From positions 4,281,998-4,345,997 of the forward strand of contig CBDETM010000002.1 of NCBI GenBank assembly GCA_965242905.1: 64,000 nucleotides of DNA, in the 5' to 3' direction. Below the pieces are notes generated by a model, which was not told the DNA's origin, made no database searches, and saw only the letters and a list, made by a program, of their open reading frames with translations. Shown here piece by piece: positions 1 through 8,079 of this stretch. This DNA comes from Caldilineaceae bacterium (GTDB taxonomy: Bacteria; Chloroflexota; Anaerolineae; Caldilineales; Caldilineaceae). Made by a program: the position numbers and the translations under genes. The stretch's first letter is position 1, and each line of letters begins with the position of its first letter.

Positions 1-1261
1 AACGCACCATCAGCGCCATGAAGGCGCATGCAGCCACCAGAATGCCCAGGATCATGTAGGACTGGCCATACAGCTCCGCTTCCCGCCGAAACAGGAAACC
101 TGCCAGCATCGCACCGAAATTCCCGCCGGCCCCGACTATGCCGGCAATCGCCCCCATCGCACGCTTATTGATGTAGGGAACGATCGCATAAGTGGCCCCC
201 TCCGACATCTGCACAAAGAGACTGAAGACTATCAGTGCAGGAATCGCCAGCACCAGCGCCCCCATGTTTGCAAACAAGACCAAGGCGATCCCTTCCAGCA
301 GGAGACATACAAACAGAAACTGCGTCCGCCCCTTCAGTCCGCCACTGCGGTTGATGAAATCACTGAAAACACCGCCCATGGAACGGGCAAAAATGTTCAT
401 CAGACCGAAGAGGCTGGCGACGAGCCCCGCTGTAGCAAGGTTCAGTTCAAATCGGTTGAAAAAATAGAGGGCCGCAGTGCCGTTTATGGTGAGCTCGATG
501 CCGAAACAGGCCGCATAGACGAAGAATAGCGCGACCACTCGTGAGTCCTTGATGGCCTCTACGAACGTGCCTTTAGAATCACCGGCCGCCGGCATTTCAC
601 CGCGCGCCCGCAGTTCACAATAATTGCCGTCCGGCGCATCTTGGGTCAGGAACCAGTAGACAGCCGCCGTTAACAGCATCGCAATCCCTGGAACGACCAT
701 CGCCAACCGCCAGCCCAGCGCCGCGGGCACAAAAGACAGGACTGCAGCCAGCAGGAGCGGCATCGCTGCCTGGGTGACACCACCGCCCAGATTGCCCCAG
801 CCTGCCGTTGTCGCGTTGGCCGCGCCCACAACATTAGGAGCAAACATTACGCTTGTGTGGTACTGGGTTATGACGAAGGAAGCGCCTATCGTGCCAATCA
901 ATACCCGCGCAAGTATGAACTGGGTCGGTGTCTGGGCCAGGCCGATACCCATGACCGGCAGCGAACCGAGCAACAACAGGCACGTGTAGACCTTTCGCGA
1001 GCCAAAACGGGTACACATTGGGCCGATAACCAGTCGCGCGACTATTGTCAGCGAAACAGCCGCAATGACCGAGTTACCCACCTGATCCGGGCTGAGACCG
1101 ATCGTCGCGATGACGCCGTTGTCCCCCTTCATTAATGGCACAATGCCGAACCAGCCGAAGAAACAGAGGAAGAAAGCGAACCACGTAACATGGAATGCCC
1201 GCAACTGCGGTGTGCTGAAGCAGAAAAGATCGATCTTGGTAGCCTTATTCTTGAAGTCCAC
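1..1261 (-). CDS. narK: MFS nitrate/nitrite transporter (NNP family, NarK/NrtP/NasA type); 3' end runs off the left edge of the window
   Basis: Absent from the ORF track because its stop lies outside the window. Reverse-strand translation from GTG at 1261 reads VDFKNKATKIDLFCFSTPQLRAFHVTWFAFFLCFFGWFGIVPLM...ATTAGWGNLGGGVTQ, which carries the NNP signature AGWGNxGG. AAGGAA lies 8 nt upstream. The gene starts 36 nt downstream of the nirA stop. Confidence 0.85.
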   Translation of the reverse strand, partial: MDFKNKATKIDLFCFSTPQLRAFHVTWFAFFLCFFGWFGIVPLMKGDNGVIATIGLSPDQVGNSVIAAVSLTIVARLVIGPMCTRFGSRKVYTCLLLLGSLPVMGIGLAQTPTQFILARVLIGTIGASFVITQYHTSVMFAPNVVGAANATTAGWGNLGGGVTQAAMPLLLAAVLSFVPAALGWRLAMVVPGIAMLLTAAVYWFLTQDAPDGNYCELRARGEMPAAGDSKGTFVEAIKDSRVVALFFVYAACFGIELTINGTAALYFFNRFELNLATAGLVASLFGLMNIFARSMGGVFSDFINRSGGLKGRTQFLFVCLLLEGIALVLFANMGALVLAIPALIVFSLFVQMSEGATYAIVPYINKRAMGAIAGIVGAGGNFGAMLAGFLFRREAELYGQSYMILGILVAACAFMALMVR

Positions 1262-1297
1262 TGGGAATTTCCTTTGCAGCGAAAGTCGAGTTCTTGC

Positions 1298-2911
1298 TTA
1301 GACTGTAACTGCGTCCAGGATCGCGTCCGGGACCGCGTCAGACTGGTAGCGGTTAGCGATCACGTCGGCCAGCAGCTCGGTTGTCTCCTCTATCGTCGCC
1401 TTCCGGTGGGTCTCGACGCCCAATCTCGCGTCTTCACCCAGACGGCCGCCTTCAAAAATGTTGAATCCGTCGATCACGCTGCCGTCCTGGCGCAGACGGG
1501 TTGCTTCCAGCCCGATTTCGGTCAGCCGGTGGCGGCCACATGCGTGAACACACCCCGACACGTTCAGTCGCACCACTTTGTTACGGTCGGGCAACCTCTC
1601 CTCGAGTTTGCGCGCGATAGCCAGCGAGATTCCCTTGGTGTCGTTAAGCGCGAAGTGGCAGTGGTCTATGCCCGTACAGGTGACCAGCCCCCGCACGACC
1701 CCCGAGGGCGAGGGGCTCCACTCATCCAGCAACGGCTCCGCCAGCAGTTCGTCGAGTCTTCGCTCGGGGACGTTGGGGATGATCACATTCTGGTCGTTGG
1801 TCAGCCGAACCTCCCTGCCGCCGTATTCGTCCGCCAGTCCGGCAAGCGCAAAGAGCTGCTCGGCTGTGATGCGGCCCGCTGGCACAACCATGCCCACGTA
1901 GCTCAGTCCCTCCTGGAACTGCGGATGCACGCCCACGTGGTCCTGTTCAAGCGGGTCAGGGTTGGCGTAGAGCTGGCACGCGCCGGCTGTCGGCAACTTC
2001 TCCCCATACGCCTCTGTCACCTCGTCCCGAAAGCGGTCTAGGCCCCACTCGTCGATCAGATACCAAAGTCGTGCCTTGCCCCGCACAGCACGGTTTCCGT
2101 TGTCGCGAAATACGGTCAGAACAGCCCGACAAAAGGCCGTCACTTGCGAAGGACGCACGAAAAGGTCTAGTGGGAGTGCAAGATGAGGGTTCCTGCTTCC
2201 CATATGTCCGCCAACCACGACATTGAATCCCGGAACAAGGCGGCTTCCCATGCGTCCTGTGGCTGGCGTCAGCCCAATGTCGTTGCTCTGCGCGTGCGTG
2301 CAGTCCAGACGGCATCCGTTGATCGAGATGTTGAATTTGCGGGGAATGTTCTCGAATTGCGGTCCCAACAGCGAAAGAGCCGTGGCCGCAGTGACCTGAC
2401 TCGTGTCAATCATCTCATGGCGCGTCAGACCGGTCAGAGGGCAACCGGTTACATTTCTGAAATTGTCCATTCCCGTCTGCTCGGAGCCCAGGCCGACCGA
2501 TTGCAATTTCTCGACAATTGCCGGCATATCTTCGATGGTGATCCAGCGCAGCTGGATGTTCTGCCGCGTCGTAAAGTCGCCCACGCCTCGCCCATAGTCA
2601 CGCGAAAGTTCGGCGATTGCACGCAACTGGTTCGAGTTGACGATCCCGTTCGATATGCGCATTCGCAACATGAAATAGCCCGGCGTCTGCTTGCGATAGA
2701 AGAAACCGTGCCATTTGAATAGGTCGTAGTACTCCGGCGGAACTGCATCAAACCCTTCGTCGGCCCAGCGGTAAATGTCTTGAATGAGGCTGAGCGGACT
2801 CTTTTTGAGCTTCAGCAATTCAACCTTGTTCAGCTTGGACTTGCCGTTACCGTTCCTACGCGGCATGTGATCCCGGGCAGGATGGATACTGCCTGCAGAA
2901 GGTGAACGCAT
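1298..2911 (-). CDS. nirA: ferredoxin-nitrite reductase (nitrite/sulfite reductase hemoprotein family)
   Basis: 537-aa ORF. NiR/SiR ferredoxin-like half-domains (FKWHGFFYRKQTPGYFMLRMRISNG). Siroheme/4Fe-4S cysteine motifs TCTGIDHC and GCVHAC. GAAAGGGGG SD 9 nt before the ATG at 2911. A nitrate/nitrite transporter lies immediately downstream. Confidence 0.85.
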   Translation of the reverse strand: MRSPSAGSIHPARDHMPRRNGNGKSKLNKVELLKLKKSPLSLIQDIYRWADEGFDAVPPEYYDLFKWHGFFYRKQTPGYFMLRMRISNGIVNSNQLRAIAELSRDYGRGVGDFTTRQNIQLRWITIEDMPAIVEKLQSVGLGSEQTGMDNFRNVTGCPLTGLTRHEMIDTSQVTAATALSLLGPQFENIPRKFNISINGCRLDCTHAQSNDIGLTPATGRMGSRLVPGFNVVVGGHMGSRNPHLALPLDLFVRPSQVTAFCRAVLTVFRDNGNRAVRGKARLWYLIDEWGLDRFRDEVTEAYGEKLPTAGACQLYANPDPLEQDHVGVHPQFQEGLSYVGMVVPAGRITAEQLFALAGLADEYGGREVRLTNDQNVIIPNVPERRLDELLAEPLLDEWSPSPSGVVRGLVTCTGIDHCHFALNDTKGISLAIARKLEERLPDRNKVVRLNVSGCVHACGRHRLTEIGLEATRLRQDGSVIDGFNIFEGGRLGEDARLGVETHRKATIEETTELLADVIANRYQSDAVPDAILDAVTV

Positions 2912-3012
2912 TGGATAGTGCCCCCTTTCATTGTTACGAATTTCACAACAAGCAAAGCATATTTCAGCGGGGCATGAGTTTGCACGGCCAATTTTGCCAA
3001 AAACAGAGCCCG

Positions 3013-3040
3013 ATTATTATGCGAATCGCACAATTTACAA
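3013..3040 (-). promoter_or_regulatory. possible sigma70-type promoter for nirA (TTGTAA-N16-AATAAT on the minus strand)
   Basis: The -35 is the reverse complement of 3035-3040 and the -10 the reverse complement of 3013-3018. It lies about 100 nt upstream of the nirA ATG. Weak hexamers. Confidence 0.3.
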
Positions 3041-3747
3041 GGTGACACGCGAGCCATAAGTCGCGAGCAAGACACAAAATTCAACGTAAACTCCCAACTC
3101 TTTGTGCACATCGTACAGACGGTGAGTTTCAGAGCGACCTGAAGAGGTTCCGCAACTGGCTGAATCTCAGGATGCTGCACGAAGCCTACTGCGCGAGTGG
3201 AACTGACTGAGTAACGTGAGTACGCAGAATGCCGCCGAGCAAGTGTTTGTTGGGCAGTAACGGAAATACGCAGGATCCTCCCCTCGGCAAGGGGCACGCG
3301 AACCTGAAGGGCTGCTTGCTCACTTCCGCGATTCGATGATGCTGGGAAGAGACTGAATTGGGGCAATGCGGTGGACGTTGTTTCGCGAGGCGTACTGCTA
3401 ATCCCGGCCCGAATTGTGGATTCTGGTCTATGTATCGCGCATCCGTTCTGACGCCAGTGGCACTCGTCGGCAGCAGTTGAACGCAAACACCGAGCGCTTC
3501 AGTTTAGTGGCGCCGCAATAAGGAAACATTCCGCTCTGTCGATTGCGATGGAGCGCAAAGCGGTGTTGGCTAGGAAGTGACGATTGGATCTGTAATGCCT
3601 GAAAAGGAGGACTGTGGTGTTGTCAGCACAGTCATGACGTAGTCCGAAACTTTGCTACGCTAGCAGGGTCAGCTCTTGGAGATCAAACGGCCTGCGTCAG
3701 ATTGCCTGCGAACGCTCACTATGTGCCTGTCGGAATCCCTGTAACCC

Positions 3748-4935
3748 TCACGACTGATATTTCTGCAGGATGCGTCGGGCGACGCTCATCTTGTGGACCT
3801 CGTCGGGACCGTCGTAGATGCGGGAGGCCCTCTCATGGCGGTACCAGTATGCGATCGGTGTGTCGTCGCTCATGCCCAACCCCCCAAGCGCTTGCAGCGC
3901 ACGGTCCAACACACGCATCAGCACGCCGGCTACGTAGAACTTGATGATCGAAATCTCGTCTCGGGCCGCGAAAACGCCTTCCGTATCGATTTTCCGGGCC
4001 GTCTCCAACACCATCAGCCGCGACGCATCTATCTCCGCCCTGCTCTCCGCGATCCACGCCTGTACCATCCCCTGGGAGCCCAGCAACCGCCCAGGGGCAA
4101 CCTCCCGCCGCGCCGCACGGCTGCACATGATGTCGAAGGCGCGTTCACAGATCCCGATCCACCTCATACAGTGGTGAATGCGTCCCGGCCCCAACCGGTA
4201 CTGGGCCAGCGCAAAGCCCCTGCCTTCCTCCCCAATGAGGTTTTCTACCGGCACGCGCACGTCTTCGAACCAGACCTCCGCGTGGCTGTTCCAGCCGCCG
4301 TGGGCCTCGCCCATCACCGAAATGTTTCGCTTGATGTGAAACCCCGGTGTGTCCAGCTCTACGACTATCTGGCTGGCCCGTTGATGACGGCTCTCCGCAT
4401 CCGGGTTGGTCACCGCCATCAGGATGGCAAATGACGCCCCGTCTGCCGCGGTCGTGAACCATTTGTGGCCGTTGATGACGAACTCGCTGCCTTCCCGTAC
4501 CGCCGTCGTGCTCATCCACGTCGGATTGGAACCGGCATGCTCCGGTTCCGTCATCGCGAAGCACGAGCGAATCTCGCCTCTGGTGAGCGGCAGCAGATAG
4601 CGGTCCCGTTGCGCCTGTGTGCCGGCATGGATCAGCAGCTCCATATTGCCCATGTCGGGCGCCTGGCAACCAAATGCGTAGTGTCCACCGGGCGTGCGCC
4701 CCAACACTTCGCTAACCCGCCCGAACTCGGCAAGTGTCAATCCCTGCCCGCCGTAATCGACCGGAAGGGCTAGCCCCCAAAGGCCTGCCTCTTTCACGAT
4801 CTCCCGTTTCTGATTGAGCAAGGGTTCGACTTCATTCCAGGGCAGACTGATCAGCAACTTTTCGGTGGGTACGACTTCATCGTCGATAAAGTGACGAACA
4901 CGCTGCAAAAGATCGGGAAGAATGTCGGATGTCAT
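3748..4935 (-). CDS. acyl-CoA dehydrogenase family protein
   Basis: 395-aa ORF with typical ACAD blocks (CFAMTEPEHAGSN, INGHKWFTT, YDGPDEVH near the C-terminus). Confidence 0.9.
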   Translation of the reverse strand: MTSDILPDLLQRVRHFIDDEVVPTEKLLISLPWNEVEPLLNQKREIVKEAGLWGLALPVDYGGQGLTLAEFGRVSEVLGRTPGGHYAFGCQAPDMGNMELLIHAGTQAQRDRYLLPLTRGEIRSCFAMTEPEHAGSNPTWMSTTAVREGSEFVINGHKWFTTAADGASFAILMAVTNPDAESRHQRASQIVVELDTPGFHIKRNISVMGEAHGGWNSHAEVWFEDVRVPVENLIGEEGRGFALAQYRLGPGRIHHCMRWIGICERAFDIMCSRAARREVAPGRLLGSQGMVQAWIAESRAEIDASRLMVLETARKIDTEGVFAARDEISIIKFYVAGVLMRVLDRALQALGGLGMSDDTPIAYWYRHERASRIYDGPDEVHKMSVARRILQKYQS

Positions 4936-4971
4936 TGAAAAGTCAAATTCGCTTTCTTTGGAATGTCTTGC

Positions 4972-4985
4972 GATAGCATGCTATC
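4972..4985. promoter_or_regulatory. perfect 14-bp palindrome GATAGCATGCTATC, candidate operator upstream of the acyl-CoA dehydrogenase gene
   Basis: Read directly. It lies 37-50 nt upstream of the ATG at 4935, in the 84-bp gap after the SDR stop. There is no loop, so it looks more like a dimeric regulator site than an RNA hairpin. Confidence 0.35.
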
Positions 4986-5019
4986 TCGAAACCGGGTCAA
5001 TTCTCCAGGCCGGGGCCGC

Positions 5020-5805
5020 TTAAACGCCCAGACCGGCGTCAACCCACTGGCCGCCGTCGACTAGAAACGTGCCGCCGGTGGTAAAGCTACTTGCTTCCGA
5101 CGCCAGGTAAAGGGCAATGCCGGTTATCTCTTCAGTTTCGGCAATTCTCTTCTGGGGAATAACCCCAAGCACAGTTTGATTGAGCTCCGGGTTCTCCCAG
5201 ACGGCCCGGCTGAAGTCGGTCCTCACGTAGCCCGGCGCGATCGCGTTGACCTGGATCCCCTCTGCCGCCAGCTCCGCGGCCAGCACCTCTGTAAGCATCA
5301 ACACGCCGGCCTTGCTGACGCAATACACCCCCATCCCCGGCTGCGGCCTTTTCCCCGCAATCGAAGCAACATTGATGATCTTGCCTCCCCCCCGTTTCGA
5401 CATCTCCGCACTGCATACCTTGGCCATGCGAAAGTAGCCAACCACGTTCACGTCGAGGATCTTGTGCCAGTGACTCTCCTCCGCAGAAAGCACCGGCCCG
5501 AAATGAGGGTTCGTCGCAGCATTGTTTACCAGGATGTCGATCCCGCCGAACTCACGCACCGCCTGTTCCGCCAGGGCCGCTGCCGCCTCCATGTCGCCCG
5601 TATGCGCGGCCGCCGCCAGCGCGCGGCCGCCCGTGGCCCGAATCGACCCGGCAACCTCGTCAAGAGCCGCCTGCTTACGGCTGCTCAGAACGACCGCGGC
5701 GCCCTTTGCTGCAAAACAGCGGCTGATCGCCTCGCCGATGCCCCTGGAAGCGCCTGTGATCACCGCCACTTTGCCCGCAAGATCGAAATCCGGAAGATGG
5801 CCCAA
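5020..5805 (-). CDS. SDR family oxidoreductase (short-chain dehydrogenase)
   Basis: TGASRGIG cofactor motif and a YxxxK active site (YCVSKAG). The ORF is open to 5922, but the TTG at 5805 is preceded by AGGAGA at 7-nt spacing and gives a normal ~261-aa SDR. The predicted promoter lies downstream of the 5922 ATG. Confidence 0.85.
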   Translation of the reverse strand: MGHLPDFDLAGKVAVITGASRGIGEAISRCFAAKGAAVVLSSRKQAALDEVAGSIRATGGRALAAAAHTGDMEAAAALAEQAVREFGGIDILVNNAATNPHFGPVLSAEESHWHKILDVNVVGYFRMAKVCSAEMSKRGGGKIINVASIAGKRPQPGMGVYCVSKAGVLMLTEVLAAELAAEGIQVNAIAPGYVRTDFSRAVWENPELNQTVLGVIPQKRIAETEEITGIALYLASEASSFTTGGTFLVDGGQWVDAGLGV

Positions 5806-5869
5806 CGGCTTTCTCCTGACAGTGTGGGAGTACGCAAAACTCGTTACTATGGAGGCAAGGGATGCTGTC

Positions 5870-5898
5870 AGTATAGCACCGGGCAGAGTCGCGATCAA
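5870..5898 (-). promoter_or_regulatory. sigma70-type promoter for the SDR gene: TTGATC-N17-TATACT with an extended -10 TG
   Basis: Minus-strand reading: -35 is the reverse complement of 5893-5898, the TG motif of 5876-5877, and the -10 of 5870-5875. Confidence 0.5.
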
Positions 5899-5918
5899 TC
5901 CACCCGATGATAAGGGGT

Positions 5919-6288
5919 GCATCCCAACTTTGCGGCGAACTTTCGTATACCTCTGGTGGCACCCAAGCCACGGTCAGTTCCTATTCCAGCTTCCGCCAGG
6001 TTTAGCGCCGCCTCTGACCACTGACCACTGACTACTGCAGTTCTGGGCGGTCGGGCCTAGTCGGCCCTCCCTTGTGCGGGGGCTCCGCCCCCGCAACGCC
6101 CCCTCTCCTACAACACGCCTCATCGACCGGGTGTCGCCATTGGTGACGGGTGGCTAATCGAAAGTGTCCAGCCAGACCACCTCCCGCCAGTCCCCGAGCC
6201 AATCTTGCTCAGACAAGACCGCGTCACTCTCTCCTCACTCCTCTCCACTCTCTCCTCGCCTTTGTGCCTGCCCTCGCACCCTCCCCAA
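5919..6288. repeat. dispersed modular intergenic repeat, A-type copy 1 (heptamer tract 6014-6040, invariant 65-bp core 6045-6109)
   Basis: Alignable along its length with 44434-44820. The core GGGCGGTCGGGCCTAGTCGGCCCTCCCTTGTGCGGGGGCTCCGCCCCCGCAACGCCCCCTCTCCT differs at one loop base from the three other copies in the window. Confidence 0.9.
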
Positions 6289-6484
6289 CTGACGGACTCC
6301 ACCGTACGGCCAGGCCGGACGCCTGCACTGCGTCTCGCTCAAAGACGGGGAGCAACTCCAGCCACCGCTCTCATGATTCCCGCGCCAGACTGCCCCGACC
6401 CCTAATCTGCTTCGCACACCGATGACAGCACTGAACAACACCGAGTGGAAGGTCATGGTGTTCTGCCGTTAACACCAATCTATT

Positions 6485-7336
6485 TCAATGGCTTCTGTAG
6501 ATGTTCGCAGGGTCAATCACCCATTTCTCATTGTGCAACTCGTCAGTCAGAACGCCGCTTCCGACCTGTGTATATTCTCGCCCTGTCATAAGGAAGAGGT
6601 CTGGATCGACTCGATACTGTTCCATGCCAACATCGAAGGCGTCTCTGGCGCGGAAGAGTCGCGCCACTGCATTGCCCACGCTCCCTGCCAGGACATGCCC
6701 TTGCTCTTCCAGCATCGCCCCGAGCCTGTTGAAGTCGTTGCCCACGAAGCCGGGCTTGGGGCCGAAAGTCAACGTCGGCAACGTCCGCTGCGACCCGTCC
6801 GGGTCCCGGATCTGAGCCTCCACTTCCCGCCACTGGCGGTATGGAACCTGTACCAGTTGCTCCATTAAGTGAAAGAATGTACACCGAAGGTAGGGCACAC
6901 CCAGCAGAAGAATATAGGCATCAAATTCATGCAGCTTCCAGAATGGACCGTCTTCCGCCCAGGCTGACGGCCCGTGGCTGGCAGCTATCTCCTTTGCGTG
7001 CGTTCCCAGGGCGGCGACGGAGTGAAACAAGTGGCAGCTTCTCTGTGCCCCAGGCCGCGTTCTGGTCTCCTCGGTTAGGCGGCCCATCTCAGAAGGATCG
7101 CGCACCGGGTCGAAGACAGGATCGGCGCTGTTCGAATGCGAAAAGGTGAAAGTCGGCACGGCAAGGGTACCCGCCGGGCCCAGTACACGCAGGAAGGCAT
7201 CGACCAGAGCCTCCGCGCCGCCTTCAACGTACCCGATGCTGCTCATCGAGCTATGTACGAACACGATGGCGCCTCCGGGCAATCCCAGCACGCCTAGTGC
7301 CTCGCCAATCCTCTCCTCCGTCTGTGGGTCCCTCAT
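6485..7336 (-). CDS. AAC(3)-family aminoglycoside N-acetyltransferase-like protein
   Basis: Family-typical N-terminus ...LGVLGLPGGAIVFVHSSMSSIGYVEGGAEALVDAF... The ATG at 7336 follows GAGG at 6-nt spacing. The ORF is open to a TTG at 7408. Confidence 0.75.
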   Translation of the reverse strand: MRDPQTEERIGEALGVLGLPGGAIVFVHSSMSSIGYVEGGAEALVDAFLRVLGPAGTLAVPTFTFSHSNSADPVFDPVRDPSEMGRLTEETRTRPGAQRSCHLFHSVAALGTHAKEIAASHGPSAWAEDGPFWKLHEFDAYILLLGVPYLRCTFFHLMEQLVQVPYRQWREVEAQIRDPDGSQRTLPTLTFGPKPGFVGNDFNRLGAMLEEQGHVLAGSVGNAVARLFRARDAFDVGMEQYRVDPDLFLMTGREYTQVGSGVLTDELHNEKWVIDPANIYRSH

Positions 7337-7437
7337 TCTATACCTCGCCTTTGTGGTCGAAACCTCCCGAATTCTGTCTTTTGTATCCCACCGGTACTTC
7401 CCTGTCAACTGCCTTCAGCAGCCAGCAATGCCAATAC

Positions 7438-7466
7438 TTGACAATTTCGACCACAACGAATATGCT
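7438..7466 (+). promoter_or_regulatory. sigma70-type promoter TTGACA-N17-TATGCT driving the gatC leader
   Basis: Perfect -35 at 7438-7443, 17-nt spacer, -10 at 7461-7466. It sits in the divergent gap between AAC(3) and gatC. Confidence 0.55.
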
Positions 7467-7580
7467 TCTACTATGCATCGGGATTCTTCAAGACAGACGG
7501 ACTCTTCACACACTGAAGTCAACAGTGCAGCAGCAAGCGCAGCATCGCGCGTGCTGCGGTAGCGGGTAACGCTGTTTACA

Positions 7581-7662
7581 CTGCGCCGTAGGCACCGAAG
7601 GACAGCCACGGCGCAGAAGAAACGCAGAGATGCGCCGTGGACAAATCCCACGGCGCTTTTTT
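7581..7662 (+). promoter_or_regulatory. four-segment terminator/antiterminator leader (candidate attenuator or riboregulator) upstream of gatCAB
   Basis: Segments: A 7581-7589 CTGCGCCGT, B 7606-7616 CCACGGCGCAG, C 7631-7640 TGCGCCGTGG, D 7648-7656 CCACGGCGC followed by T6. A:B pairs 9 bp, B:C 10 bp and C:D 9 bp, and these pairings are mutually exclusive. Confidence 0.55.
7632..7662 (+). terminator. intrinsic terminator GCGCCGTGG-ACAAATC-CCACGGCGC-TTTTTT
   Basis: 9-bp GC stem, 7-nt loop and a six-T tail. It lies 41 nt upstream of the gatC GTG start. Confidence 0.65.
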
Positions 7663-7702
7663 GTGGACGAAAACTTCCTCATTCTTCCGCCGCGAGGTCG
7701 AT

Positions 7703-8002
7703 GTGAAACTGACAAGGGAAGAGGTTCGGCACGTTGCTGAACTGGCCAAATTACAACTGACTGATGCCGAATTGGACGAATATGCCGGTCAGCTCGCCCA
7801 GATTCTGACCTACGCACAGCAGGTCCAGTCAGTAGATACAGGCGCCGTGCCCCCAACGCCTCAGGTACTTCCACTCAGCAATGTGCTGGCGGACGACGAG
7901 TCGCAGGAAGGCCTTTCAAACTCGCAGGCAGTCAAAAACGCCCCGGATTCCGACGACGGCTATTTCCGCGTCATCGCCGTGTTCGACGACGTCGGGGCAT
8001 AG
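7703..8002 (+). CDS. gatC: Asp-tRNA(Asn)/Glu-tRNA(Gln) amidotransferase subunit C
   Basis: VKLTREEVRHVAELAKLQLTDAELDEYAGQLAQIL... is the typical GatC N-terminus. The GTG at 7703 follows GAGG. The longer ORF from 7637 would start inside the terminator hairpin. Confidence 0.85.
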   Translation: MKLTREEVRHVAELAKLQLTDAELDEYAGQLAQILTYAQQVQSVDTGAVPPTPQVLPLSNVLADDESQEGLSNSQAVKNAPDSDDGYFRVIAVFDDVGA

Positions 8003-8079
8003 TGGATAACCTATAGGTAACGTGGCTTGATGGTTGCAGAGCAGACCAGTGCCCGCTTCCGGCATGGAGGTAGGCAACG

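Noticed and set aside
5806-5922. 39-codon N-terminal extension of the SDR ORF, starting at the ATG at 5922.
   Set aside because: That ATG lies inside the repeat element and upstream of a good promoter (5870-5898). The TTG at 5805 has an AGGAGA SD and yields a canonical SDR length.
6120-6302. Small conserved protein encoded on the minus strand of the A-type repeats. The peptides GTGGRWSGWTLSISHPSPMATPGR and GTGGTWSGWTPSNKHPSPISTPGG end at the same point.
   Set aside because: About a dozen nucleotide differences cause 7 replacements in the 24 aligned residues, which shows no sign of purifying selection. There is no shared start codon or SD, and the upstream parts of the two ORFs are unrelated.
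6485-7336. Antibiotic-resistance island, suggested by the AAC(3)-like, ANT(6)-like (32836..33663), APH-like (53915..54976) and PAT-like (43117..43770) genes.
   Set aside because: The genes are scattered over 48 kb in unrelated housekeeping or catabolic contexts, with no mobile-element hallmarks. Such family members are common in environmental bacteria, and function cannot be inferred from family alone.
7473-7662. T-box leader or glutamine (glnA-type) riboswitch upstream of gatC.
   Set aside because: There is no T-box consensus (GGGTGGNACCGCG-like) on the 5' side of the antiterminator, and no specifier-loop or Stem I features that I can identify. GUAGG..CCGAAGGA at 7588-7601 superficially recalls the glutamine riboswitch, but the intervening loop is only 2 nt and the P1 pairing is absent.
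7637-7702. Longer gatC start at the ORF-track position 7637.
   Set aside because: That start lies inside the terminator hairpin and T-tract, and would add a non-conserved 22-aa extension. The GTG at 7703 with a GAGG SD gives the canonical GatC N-terminus.
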